IMG/VR virus record: IMGVR_UViG_3300030328_002400 | Coordinates: 35,648-99,647 of that record | Direction: 5' to 3' (one strand) | Source: a virus | Length of the DNA stretch: 64,000 nucleotides | Part shown: in pieces, positions 28,306-40,400 of the stretch | Layout: every line of letters starts with the position of its first letter | Position numbering within the stretch: the stretch's first letter is position 1 | Made by a program: the position numbers and the translations under genes | Notes under the pieces: generated by a model | The model's input: only the letters and a program-made list of their open reading frames with translations | The model's database searches: none | What the model was told of the DNA's origin: nothing

Positions 28306-31113
28306 ATGGCTAAAATTAAAATAAATAAATTACCTGAAGGTTTTGAATTAGTTGACGGTAAAGTAAAAAGAATTTCCAAAAAAAGAGATGGAGGTTATGT
28401 AACTGGTGATCAAGCAGATTATGGTTTAGTAACAACCCCACAAGAATATTATGGTCAAACTAATTTTAATAACAATGAAGATAATGATGTAAGATATAGT
28501 TTAAGTAGAGTACCAAGAGAAGATGCAAATGTAGAAGCAGAAGGAGGAGAAACTGTATTAGCTGATTTAAATAGTAATGGTCAATTTGGTTTATATGATA
28601 TTAAAGGTCCTAGACACTCTAGTGGTGGTGTACCTATGTTTTTACCAGAACAATCCTTTATATATTCTGATACAGCAGCTTTAAAATTTAATAAAGATGA
28701 GATGGCTGAGTTTGGAATAGAATCAGGTAAAAGAAAAACTCCAGCAACTATATCTAAAAGATATCCTCTTAATCCTTATCTAGGAGCTATAAATGATCAA
28801 TATGCAGATGATATTTCTACACTAAGTGCAGAACTCATGTTAAAGAAAAATATGAATAACTTGTCTAAGTTAGCTTATGGACAAGAACTTAAAAAGAAAT
28901 TTGAAGATGGAGTGCCTTTAGCTGCATATCCATACTTAGATTCTAAAGGTATAGACCCTATAGAATTTACTGCTCAAGTAGAAGAAATATCTAAAAAACA
29001 AGCTCAAATAAATGCTATAGAAAGTTTACCCCCTGATCAACAACAAGCTATTATGATGTTACAAGAAATATTAGCACAAGCAGAACAACAAGTTCCAAAT
29101 AATGTTGACATGAGTTCTGGTCCTCAAGCTGGTTCTCCTGGTCAAGAACAATTAACTATGGCTAACAATCAATTAGGTCAAGATTTAATGGCTCAAAGAG
29201 GTGGTCAAACTGCTAGTAGCTATGCTAAAGAGCAGGGATTAGCATGGCCACAAGATACTAAAGATCCTGTATTTAATGAAGATACTAAGATGTGGGAATT
29301 TGATGATGGTACTCCTCCATTACAACAAGGAGAAGCTAGAAAACTAGTTCTTGACTTTAATGATGGTCAACCCATACAAGATCAGTATAAGATAACTGTT
29401 AGTGAAGAAGTGACAGGAAATGATGTAAGTGCAAATATTGAAACTAATGTCTCAGAAGGAAAAATTATTAATCCTTTACCTAAAACTCATGAACAATACG
29501 AAGCATTTGAAGATGCAATTGCTAGAGGTAATGTACAAAAAATTGTACCAAAGTATGATCCTTCTAAAAGAAAAACTGAGTATACACTTATTGAAATAGT
29601 ACCTAATCCACTGGATGCTCAACCTGAACTAGTAATGGTTGAGAGTGCAGATACAAGTGCTGGTACAGGAGAAATGATAAATATCTATGATGAAGATCAA
29701 GAAAAGATAATGGGAGTAATAGAAGGATTTCCTGATGCTAAATTTAGAAGAGGTATATATTCTGGTTTACAAAGAAGAGAAAATCAAGCTGGAGCTGGAT
29801 CTAATAGTTATGGTTATGATTTATCAGGTGAAGAAGCTGCAAAGGATTTTGAACTTAGATGGGGTGATGCATGGAAAGGTGGTCAATTTGAAGGAGCTAA
29901 TGGTGAAATGATTACTATTCCACCTGTAGAAGGATTTGATTATTCTTTATCAAAAGATGATCCAAAGTATAAAGAACAATGGGCAGCAGTTCAAAATAAT
30001 ATGCAGGCTATTGATAATGCATTTAGTGCTAAACATGGATTAACTCCAAGAGATATATTTGCAGGACAAAGAAAAGGAGAAAAGGTTGATGGATTACTAG
30101 GATTACATACACATAGTATAGATAGAAGATATCTAGGTAAACCAGGATCAAATGAATTAACAGCATCTTTAGATGATCCTATAAACGAAATACCTGGAAT
30201 TATTCCACCTCCTGCCATACCTCCTAAACCAGAACCATGGTTACAAGATGTATTAAATATAAATGCACAAAATCAATTAGAGAATCCTCTAATATTACCG
30301 GTAAGACCAAAATTACCTAGACAAAAAATAGACTATGTATTAGATGATTGGACAGGAAAAGTAAATAATATTAATGCAGCTTTAAATTCTAAACTACAAC
30401 AACTAGGAGCATTTGCAGGTAGATCTGGAGTAATGGGATCTGATATAGGTAAAGCCGTAGAGTTAAGTGAGAATGCTATAAATACAACTAATCTTAATAA
30501 TGTAGGAATAGTTAACCAAACAGCAGCTCAACAAGCTAGATTAGATATGGAGAATAATCTACAAAATCTTAAATTAAGAATGGATGAAGATGATGGAACT
30601 AACTTAGCATTACAAAGATTTACAGATTTCAAAAATTGGGATACAACAAAAAGTGCTGAATTAATGAATACCTTACTTACTAATCAGGCTAATACATATA
30701 ATCTAAATATGGCTAGAAAACCACAATTTAGAATAGATCCTACACGAGCTGGTGAGGGTACATGGACGGGTGATAGTAACATTTTTCACCAAACTGATCA
30801 AACATCTGAAGAAGAAAAAAGAAGAGACAAGATTTTTGAAACATGGAATTGGTTAGATACAAGAGGTATTGAAGATGATGATAAAGATAATTATATGAAG
30901 TATATACTAGGGGATTATGCTAAAAATAATAATAATGATGATGATGATGAATTTGAACAATATGCAGGACCACCTAGTGTAGTTTCTAAAAATCCTCCTA
31001 ATAGTTATTTTAATCCAGCAGCAAACGTTGAATCACGAAGAGGTAAAGAAGTAAAAAAACTAAAAAAATCAGCATATCCTTATTGGATGTCAGTAGGAAA
31101 AATGGGACGCTAA
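28306..31113 (+). CDS. Internal virion cargo protein
   Basis: ANVEAEGGETV...GPRHSSGGVP...IYSD N-terminal domain; Q-rich linkers; lies just upstream of the RNAP block. Confidence 0.6.
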   Translation: MAKIKINKLPEGFELVDGKVKRISKKRDGGYVTGDQADYGLVTTPQEYYGQTNFNNNEDNDVRYSLSRVPREDANVEAEGGETVLADLNSNGQFGLYDIKGPRHSSGGVPMFLPEQSFIYSDTAALKFNKDEMAEFGIESGKRKTPATISKRYPLNPYLGAINDQYADDISTLSAELMLKKNMNNLSKLAYGQELKKKFEDGVPLAAYPYLDSKGIDPIEFTAQVEEISKKQAQINAIESLPPDQQQAIMMLQEILAQAEQQVPNNVDMSSGPQAGSPGQEQLTMANNQLGQDLMAQRGGQTASSYAKEQGLAWPQDTKDPVFNEDTKMWEFDDGTPPLQQGEARKLVLDFNDGQPIQDQYKITVSEEVTGNDVSANIETNVSEGKIINPLPKTHEQYEAFEDAIARGNVQKIVPKYDPSKRKTEYTLIEIVPNPLDAQPELVMVESADTSAGTGEMINIYDEDQEKIMGVIEGFPDAKFRRGIYSGLQRRENQAGAGSNSYGYDLSGEEAAKDFELRWGDAWKGGQFEGANGEMITIPPVEGFDYSLSKDDPKYKEQWAAVQNNMQAIDNAFSAKHGLTPRDIFAGQRKGEKVDGLLGLHTHSIDRRYLGKPGSNELTASLDDPINEIPGIIPPPAIPPKPEPWLQDVLNINAQNQLENPLILPVRPKLPRQKIDYVLDDWTGKVNNINAALNSKLQQLGAFAGRSGVMGSDIGKAVELSENAINTTNLNNVGIVNQTAAQQARLDMENNLQNLKLRMDEDDGTNLALQRFTDFKNWDTTKSAELMNTLLTNQANTYNLNMARKPQFRIDPTRAGEGTWTGDSNIFHQTDQTSEEEKRRDKIFETWNWLDTRGIEDDDKDNYMKYILGDYAKNNNNDDDDEFEQYAGPPSVVSKNPPNSYFNPAANVESRRGKEVKKLKKSAYPYWMSVGKMGR

Positions 31114-31155
31114 ACGTGAAAGGTTTACTTTAATAGATTGGTAAACTTAATAAAT

Positions 31156-31168
31156 TATATTAATTTTG
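31156..31168 (+). promoter_or_regulatory. Possible promoter element before the cargo/RNAP operon
   Basis: TATATTA core overlapping TAATTTTG (TAnnTTTG), 4 nt before ATG 31173. Confidence 0.3.
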
Positions 31169-31172
31169 AATT

Positions 31173-34100
31173 ATGGCTACATATATAAAAGGACACAAGA
31201 ATTTTTATCCAGATATTAAACCCTTTACACCAGACTATAAATTTCTGTCTGCAACATTGGATGCACGTCAGGCTATTTATGATCATAACTGGAAAGCTCA
31301 AAATGATCTATATAATAGAGTAGTATATTCTGATCTAACTAATCCTAATAGTATAGAATACCAAAGACAATTTACTGAAAAATTAGGTCCACAATTAGAA
31401 AAAATAGCTGGGTTAGATTTATCTTTACAGCAGAATGTTGAGTCTGCAAAATCTGTTTTTGCACCATTCTTTCAGGATGATACTGTTGTATATGATATGG
31501 TATGGACAGGTAGATTTAATGATGCAGTTAAAGAATATAATCAATTAGCTAGAAGTAATAAAGAAGAAGTTAGACAATTAGCTAGTGCAGATGTAGGATT
31601 ACAGAAGTTAGAAATAGACAGAAGGAAATTTATGAATGCTGGACGTGATGAAATACTTAATCAACCACTACCAGAATTAGTATTAGATGCAGATTTAGTT
31701 AGAAATGCACAAAAATTTCTATCTGAACTAGATCCTGCACTTACTATTACTATGCCTGTACCTAATCTAATTGATACAGGAAAAGTAGATAAGAAGGGTG
31801 ATCCAATATTTAGAGAAGATAATAAGTGGATTATTACTCAAACAAATGGATCTTTAATAGAAGGAGCAGCTTATGAACAAATAGTTAATTCTCTTTACAA
31901 TGATCCTAGAGTTACAAAATATTATGATGCTAAATCTTATGTACAAGCAAATATGTTTGCTAGAGAAGCTGTAGAAAGTGGTCAGGTAGCATCAGAAGAT
32001 CAAGGACTGCAATTGTGGGCAAATGAAACTATTGCAAGAATAAGATCAAAAAATTTAGAATATCAGGGTGAAGCAGAATATGCTGTTAGAAAAGCAAACC
32101 AAGTAAATATTAATTGGTCTAATTATGCTGAATCTCACGGAGTAGTACCAGGAAGTTTAGATGAACAAATTATGCAGAATAATTTAGATCAAGCTGAGCA
32201 GTTAGAAGCAGAGTTAAACAGATATCTTAATCAAAATACTTTTGCTGATAGTGATGATCCAGATGATATGGCTACATATAATAAAGCGGCCACTCTTTTA
32301 GCTAACTATAATATGGATATGGATATGCGTAAAGCTGCTAGACAATTTTCTCAAAGAGGAATGAAAGTAGAGCAAAAGGTAAATGACTATAGTTTAGCTG
32401 ATTATAAATCTACGTTAAAAATGAATGAACAGACCCATCAGTATACGTTAGATATGCTCAAGCAGGAAGATAAATATAATAGAGAGATGGAGTTAAAAGG
32501 AGTAGGTACAGGTTTGAACTGGGGTGGAGTTACACAGGGATATACAGGAGCAGGATCAAACTTTACAGTAGATGAGGGTGGAGAAATAATATTAGAAAAT
32601 GATTTTTATGCCTTAGATATTGTAAAAAGGGAGCAAGATTTTAATAGACTACAAAATGAAATGGTTAGTATGATACCTGACATGATTGTTGATTCAGGGA
32701 AATATGATGCTGATGAAGATGGACAATATACAATACCTTTAGTAAGTAATCCAGATCCAGATAATGACAGTGATTGGTATACAGGGGATATTGCTGGTAT
32801 AGAACAAATATTAGGAACAAGAGTAAAAGATGATGATGATTTAGATACTGATCAGTTTGAATATAGAGATGCTATCACTAATGTATTTGGAGAAATGCAA
32901 GACTACTACAATAATACCTGGGATGTACATAATGCTGATCCTGATAAAACAGGAGACCAGACTCTCTTTAATAGTATTCATGAAAGATTATTTGGTGGTG
33001 GAGCTGGTCAATTACCTGGTTTAGCTAAAAGGTTTCAGTTATACAATCAGGCAGTTAGACTATCTGAAGAGGATAGAACTAATAAAATAAACACTATAAA
33101 TGCTTCTCTTTTAAAAATAAGTGAAGATGATTTAACCAGTGTTCAACATGATATTAAAGAATTATATGGTAGTGGATGGGTGCCACCATTAGATAACAAT
33201 GGAAACTTCATGTCAAAAGATGCATACATGAAAAAAATGTATGCAATAATTCAAGATGCAGTATCTAGTGAAGAACTAGATCCATATCTTGAGATAGATG
33301 AAAAATTTGCATTTGATTGGGATTTGATGACAACCAAAATGGTTGGGACCGGAGGACCTGGGACGCAGTCAGCACCTACATCTGTTCCTGTATTAGATAA
33401 GAATAAAATAGATAAACATTCAGTGAAAGTTTATGATTATTTCTATACAAAATTAAAAGAACAAATAGAAAACACATCTTCAAGTACTTATTATAATAAT
33501 TCACGTGGTATAACTTCAACAGGTGGTGGAAGTAATATTTCATTTACACCTAGTCAAAGTATTACATCTAATTTAAATCCAGCACCAGGAAGTGATAAGT
33601 TTACGTTCCTAAAGGTTATGCAAGAACAAATGAAAAGTGATTTAGCAAGTGCAACTGGAGGATCTGGTTTTGTGGGATTTACAGCTAAGGACGTTAAAAA
33701 TTTGTATGAAGTAGATAGTGATAAAATTGATTATACTGATAAAGATAATATAATAGCACAATGGATTTGGGACAAAATTATAACTACTCAAGCTTCTTTA
33801 GGAGATAAGAGTAAGACTGCATTTAAAACTACATTCTTTTCAACTTGGGGACCTGAAGTATATGATGACAATAATAAATTAGTAAAGGATCCATTAGCAG
33901 CTTATCAATTTTCAAACTTTGATGATGCACTTACAAAGGCAATTACTAGTGACAATACAAACTATCCTATGATAGATGGAGATAAAGCAACCAAGGCAGA
34001 TATTCAAAAGGTTTTAAATACTGGATTTACATATCTATTTCCAAGATCAGCTACAATAAAAGCTAATAGGGCTGGTTACGACAGAACAGGTCAAGGAAGT

Positions 34101-34439
34101 TGGTTAAAACAAAATTTAGTTATGAGTAAAAATAATATATTTAATGACAGCGTAGCTAATGTAAAAGGTTACTTTAAAAATAATGCTCCTCATGGAACAG
34201 TGAAGGCACAACTAGTTGGAAATAACGTGATAATATCAGGAGCTTTTCATGTATATCAACCAGATGCTAGTAAATATCCAAATGGATATAGTGTTGAGTT
34301 ATTTCCAAAAAGACAATTAGATATGACTAATGGTGAAAAATATTATGATGATATAATGAAAGAATTAAATGGTCAAAAAGTAAAAAATAATGCAGCATAT
34401 AAAGCAGCTAGTAATGCAGCTAGTGTAAACAACCAATAA
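31173..34439 (+). CDS. Large ejected cargo protein preceding the virion RNAP
   Basis: Position immediately before the RNAP gene; helical N-terminus; no catalytic motif recognised. Confidence 0.55.
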   Translation: MATYIKGHKNFYPDIKPFTPDYKFLSATLDARQAIYDHNWKAQNDLYNRVVYSDLTNPNSIEYQRQFTEKLGPQLEKIAGLDLSLQQNVESAKSVFAPFFQDDTVVYDMVWTGRFNDAVKEYNQLARSNKEEVRQLASADVGLQKLEIDRRKFMNAGRDEILNQPLPELVLDADLVRNAQKFLSELDPALTITMPVPNLIDTGKVDKKGDPIFREDNKWIITQTNGSLIEGAAYEQIVNSLYNDPRVTKYYDAKSYVQANMFAREAVESGQVASEDQGLQLWANETIARIRSKNLEYQGEAEYAVRKANQVNINWSNYAESHGVVPGSLDEQIMQNNLDQAEQLEAELNRYLNQNTFADSDDPDDMATYNKAATLLANYNMDMDMRKAARQFSQRGMKVEQKVNDYSLADYKSTLKMNEQTHQYTLDMLKQEDKYNREMELKGVGTGLNWGGVTQGYTGAGSNFTVDEGGEIILENDFYALDIVKREQDFNRLQNEMVSMIPDMIVDSGKYDADEDGQYTIPLVSNPDPDNDSDWYTGDIAGIEQILGTRVKDDDDLDTDQFEYRDAITNVFGEMQDYYNNTWDVHNADPDKTGDQTLFNSIHERLFGGGAGQLPGLAKRFQLYNQAVRLSEEDRTNKINTINASLLKISEDDLTSVQHDIKELYGSGWVPPLDNNGNFMSKDAYMKKMYAIIQDAVSSEELDPYLEIDEKFAFDWDLMTTKMVGTGGPGTQSAPTSVPVLDKNKIDKHSVKVYDYFYTKLKEQIENTSSSTYYNNSRGITSTGGGSNISFTPSQSITSNLNPAPGSDKFTFLKVMQEQMKSDLASATGGSGFVGFTAKDVKNLYEVDSDKIDYTDKDNIIAQWIWDKIITTQASLGDKSKTAFKTTFFSTWGPEVYDDNNKLVKDPLAAYQFSNFDDALTKAITSDNTNYPMIDGDKATKADIQKVLNTGFTYLFPRSATIKANRAGYDRTGQGSWLKQNLVMSKNNIFNDSVANVKGYFKNNAPHGTVKAQLVGNNVIISGAFHVYQPDASKYPNGYSVELFPKRQLDMTNGEKYYDDIMKELNGQKVKNNAAYKAASNAASVNNQ

Positions 34440-34447
34440 ATTAGGAC

Positions 34448-37400
34448 ATGGAGAATAATGATGGACAACCTTTATCAGTTAAATTAGCTGAGGAAAAAAT
34501 CAGTGGCAGTCTCACTAATCAGACTAGCCCATATATTACTGCTGAATCATTATTTGATACACAACAATATGGTCCTGATTTTCTAAACATGGCTGATCCA
34601 GCAGGTCTTTTAAATGTAGATAGATATACTAAGGATATGTTTAAGTACGGACCTGAAGTTCTTGCTAATCTAACAGCTCCAGATCCTGGTATAGTTGATA
34701 TAGGTTATAATCCTAGTAAACCAAGATTAGAAGATCTCTCTCCTGTTGATAGAATTAAAAACTGGACACCTACTGAAGATCCTTTAGAGCCTCTTCCAAC
34801 TATATATGGAAATATTAAAGAGATGGGTTTTGATAGAGCCTATGCTCATCCTAAATTTAATGAATTAGGCTTCACTCCTTATGCAGACAATGAATCATAC
34901 TATAATACTAATAGTAGTAAGTTAGATGATTTATCTAGAGCTTATAATCAATTTGGAAGTCAATTTGGGACTGGTCTTACAGCATCATGGAATACTATGG
35001 TAGATATGTTTGATGGTGATGGTTATATAGATTCTCCAGATTTAGAGGGAGCATATGCTATGGAAGATGCTATGAGAATAGGATCTACTAGTAGAGGAGG
35101 AGCTTTTGGTACTCTAACAAATGTTGGATTAAGTTTTGGTTATACGATGGGTATTATTTCATCTATAGCAATAGAAGAATTAATATTAGCAGCTGGTTCA
35201 TCTGCACTATCTATGACAGGTGCAGGAGCACCAACAGGTCTGGCTGCCTTTGCAGCTGGTACCATGAGAAATTTATTTAGAGCTGGTAGAGCTATGAGTA
35301 ATCTTTTTGATATAAAAAGGTATGCTAGTGCGTCTAGAGCTTTGATTAATACTTTAAATGATGTAAATAATGCAAGACAATTAGCTAGAGGAGGACTAGA
35401 GGTTGGTGGTAAAATATTTGCACCAGAAGTTACTTATGCAATTAAAAATTGGAAGACTACAGGAAATACTGCACAGAATATAATGAATTTTATGAAGAGT
35501 GGAGATAACTGGGTAGCTGGATATAGAGATTTTAGACAAGTAAATTTAGCATTAGCAGAAGGTAAGCTTGAAGCAGGAATGGTAGAGAATAGAGTTAGAG
35601 AAAATCAATTAAGATATTTAGCTCAACAAAATCCTGGAGAACAAGTTACTGCTGATCAATTAGCAGATATAGAAGTTAAGTCTAGAGAAGCAGCTTTTAG
35701 AAGTCAAATGCAAAATACTGCTATTATTTATTTCACTAATAAATTATTATTAAGAAGTGCTTTTGGAGGGTGGAGAAGAGCTGCATCAAAGAATGTAACA
35801 GATAAGATATTTAGAACTAATCCTTTAATAGATGCTGTAACAGGAAAAGCATTAAAAGGAATATATAGACAACAAAGTAAGTGGTTAATATCTGCATTAG
35901 GTCAAAGAATAGCAGCAGCTGGTTTTAGAGGAGCTCCACGTGTATTTGCAGGTGCAATGTTAAGATATGGTGCAGGAGGTATTGGTGAAGGTATACAAGA
36001 AGTTACGCAAGAAGCAATTGCTGCAACTAATGAAGGATATTATGGAGCATTATTAAGAGAGCCAGGTTCAGGAGCTAAACATCTATACGGTTCTTTTGCT
36101 ATGGATGGAATAAAAGATCAATTTAGTGCACAAGGATTTGAAACATTTTTATCAGGATTTTTAATGGGTGGTATGGCCGGTCCATATCAACAAATACTCT
36201 TTCAAGGATTCCCTTATTTATATAGTAGAAGAAGTAAAAATTCTAGAGCAGATTATGATTCTCAAAAACAAGCTGAACAAGAAGTAATAAATAGAGCTGT
36301 AGATCAAGCTAATCAAATGTCTCCAGGATATAATGGATCAGAAGCTTCTACTATAGATGTAATATTAGATGAAACTCAATTGATGGCATCTTTACAGAAG
36401 AATGCTTTAGATGGACAAAATGAAGCATTAAGTGCAGGAGATAAGTATAACTTCTATAATCAAAGAAACTTTGCTCAGTTTGCTAATATTTATGATAAGT
36501 ATCAAAGAGGTACTATTTCTTTATATGAACAAGAACTAGATGGTTATAGTCAATTAACAGATGAAGAATTAGCACAAGCATTTCCTAAAAAAGATTATGG
36601 TTCTACTCAGAAAGTAAGAGAGAAAATTCTTAAACAAAAAGAATTAATCCAAGAGTATGGAGAAATGTTTGATAATAGGAATAATCCATTTAAAAAGAGA
36701 TATGAACCAAAATTATTTAAACCAGGTACAAGACAATATAGAGATGAGGTAGCTATGAAAAAAGCTTATAAACATATGGAAATGTTTTCAATGTTTACTC
36801 AAAATGCATTTAAAGATGCTGTAGAAAGAAAAGGTAAGATAGCACAAGCTTTAGAATCTACACCTCTATTTGGTAAGATGGCAGCTAATGATATTAGTCC
36901 ACTTTTAGATAAAGAAAGTTTAGAAACTGAACTTGACCGTTTAGATCAAGAAATTGAAGCAATAGAAGCCAATCTTCAAAATGAAAGTGGTTTATCTGCA
37001 TTAGATAAGAAAAGAAATAAAAAGAATCTTAAAGATAAGAAAGCAAGAAGAAAACAATTATTAAAAATTAGTAAAGTTTATAATGCTAATCTAACTGATA
37101 AAGGATACTATGATAGACGTAAGAAAAAAAATCTAGAAGCATCTGTTAAAACTTATCTAAAAACTTTAGCTAATGCAAATGGAACATTTGTAGATAATGA
37201 TGCGGCACAGAATGCTATAAATGAAATTATAGATTATGCTACATTATCTCAAGATTCTTATATGTTTAATCAAACTATTGAATATTTATTAGATCCTAAT
37301 AGAATGGAAGGTTTAATAGAAAGATCTGCTGATTATTTTAAACAGGTGGGAGGAGCAAGAAACTCTCTAATTAAAGGACAAATAAAAGATTTAATATTAA

Positions 37401-40400
37401 ATCAAAATCAAAATCAGTTATTAAATGAATTAGCCAAAGAGGATATATATCTAGATCCAACTGAGACAAGAGAGTTTTTAGAAACAGGAAATATTAATGT
37501 ATTAAGAACTTTTATTTATGCTGGACGTAAGTTAGATGCTGCAGTAATAGAAGATTTAGAAATAATAATGAAGATAGTAAATCCTATTCTAGATGTATAT
37601 ATCCAAACTACTACTCCAGTACAAGAGGAAACAGCTGCTGATGTTGTAGATGAATCTGTACAAGAAGTTAAAGATACTTTAGATGAGGCGGGTATACAAC
37701 AGATTGTGCTGAAAGATTCTTATCAATCTCCTTCATTACAAAAAATATTAGATAAACAATTTAGAGCGTACCAAGCTATGATGCCACCAGAAGGTGAAGG
37801 CTTGATGAATTTTAGCAAGTGGAAAGAAAGTCCTGAAGGTATAAATATTAAAGAAGGATATGATGCTATAAAAAGAATATGGGCTTCAGGTTACCAAAGA
37901 TATACTCCAGAAAGGCAAATAATAACTTTTAAACCAAATCAAACAGAAATTGATGAAGAGATAGGACTCCAAGATTTTATAAATGATTATGCAGACGATA
38001 ACCCAACTGTAAGAGATGTATTACAAGAATTAGAAGTTAATCTTTCTATATATAAAACAGTTAAGTCAGCTCCAGCATCTAATATTATACAAGATGGTTT
38101 AATAGTTGACTTACAAAAGATAGTTCTTGATCAAACTAATGAAGATGAAACTACTAGCTATGTTTTATTAGATAAGAGTGGAAATCTTATTAATAATAGA
38201 ATGAAACAAATTATTGGTCCTAATGCTTCCGGAACCTTTACTAATATACAAAATGCTCAAGATGCTTTTGAATTATTAGAGAGAGAAGGTTCTGATGGAA
38301 CTACATTTAAATTTGGTGGATTAGTATTAAGTAGAGGAGAAAGAATAGTAGATGAAGCAGGTAATGTATTTAGAGTTAATACTAATGCTGCAGGTAATCA
38401 GAAGAATCCTTCAATTATTTATTTAGTTCCAGAAGCAGAATATAATCAAACTAACTGGTGGTCAAATAGTAAAGCAGCTAAAGAATTTGGTGCAGTAAAA
38501 GAAGAAGATTTTATTGGAAGATATAGAGTCATGGAAGAAATAAAGGTTCCTGAGCTAGGAAATAACTTTGCTAAGCTACCTCCTGATGAAGCTATTAAAG
38601 CATGGCCACATACTAATGCAGGTGAAACTAGAGATCAAGCTAATGAGAGATTAGAAATGATTATGAGTAATCTAACTCCTCAAGAGATCCAAGAATTAAA
38701 TATATTTATAAAACCTAGCGTGGCTAATACCAATACCTATTCATATCAGGTTCCTGGAGAAGCAAACCAATTAGAAAAGCTTCCTAACCCTTATATAATT
38801 AATAAAGGAAATGACTATACTATAGGAATACAAATGGTTGATCCAGTAGTTATAACTAAAATGAATGCACTTCTAGGACAAGCAGAAGGAATAAATCTTT
38901 TAGAAGAAAGTGCAAATGGAATTTTTGCTTATTTCCCTAGTAATCAATTTGAATTTGTAGACGGTAATGGAGTTATAATAGATCCTGCGTCAATGGATGT
39001 AAACTTTATGAACAGTACTATGTATTTAGAAGGTATTGAATATAAAGGAAATACAGAGAAAGAAAACCTTGAAATAGTTAGAAGAGCTTTTGCTACAGGA
39101 CAAGCATTACAAGCTGCAGTGCAAAAAGAAATAGGAGAAACACCTACAGGAGATATAAGAGTTGGTAGATTACCAGATGGTTTAAGTATAACAATCTTCC
39201 AAGGATTCCCTAACTATACAAAACCTAATGCGTTTACTGAAGTAGGTAAATTGCCTTTTGGAGCTGATGGAACAGGGAATGCATTTTTAGTATTAGATGT
39301 AGATCCGGTAAGCTTATTACCTACACCTATAACCAATTTAGAAGGAGATGCTGAGATAGAATTAATTAGTCAAGTGGAAGCTGGATTAAAGAAGCAAGGA
39401 ATAATGAATGAAGATGGCTCTCTTAAAAATGTTAGTAATAGATATAATGTTGTAGTAAAAGATCCAAGTGGATTGTATACAGTAGCAACATCTACAGTAA
39501 AAGAACAACCAGTAGCAGATTTAGATGTAATATTAAATGACTATATCAATATGGCTCAAAAAGTATTAGAGACTAATGTTACTAAAAAGGGACAGAAAAC
39601 AGAAGTAAAAGATCAGAATATAGCAACTGAGTTTAATAAACAACAAAGAGATAAATTATTTATTACTTCAGATGTAAAAGGTAGACAGTTTTACTTAGAG
39701 GTAACTCCTTATGGTAGTATAAGTTTAAAAGCTAAAGATAAAGTAACAGGTCCAAAAGCACAGTTAACAGGTGTACAACAATATGAACAACTAGGTAAGA
39801 CAGTATATTTATATAATCAAGATTTCAGTAGAGATGATAGAGGAGATACAGAGATAACTTCTACTGTAATATTTCAAAAGTTAGTAGATAAACTTAATGC
39901 AGAATTTGATGAACCTATTATTAGTCTTAAAAACTTTAAAGTATCTATTCCAGAAAATGCACCATTAGAAGATTTCTTAGGAAATCTTGAGACTGCATTA
40001 GATCCAAATCAATTAAGAAAAGGACAAAAGATATTAATTAATGTTGAAGCAAAGGTTAGTCAAAGTCAAAGAGATAAAGGAGTGATTATTCAAACTCCTA
40101 TATCTACAGCAGAAGCAACAGCACGAGCATTAGAAAAAGCACAAGCTAAAGCAGCATTGAAAAGTATATCACCAACCAATTTGCCTAACCTTGTTTCTGA
40201 ATGGCTATTGAGTGAAGAAGGGTCTTTAGCTAATCAAAGTGCTGCAGAGTCTGCAGGTAAATTTGCATTAGAATATAATAAGAGATTTAGCCCAACAGAA
40301 GGATTAACAGAAGAAGAAGTTACAGGAAAAGATATGTTTAATGTAGTTGGTCAAGGGTTAGTTGTTATGGAAGCTATATTAGATGAGATTAATAGACAGA

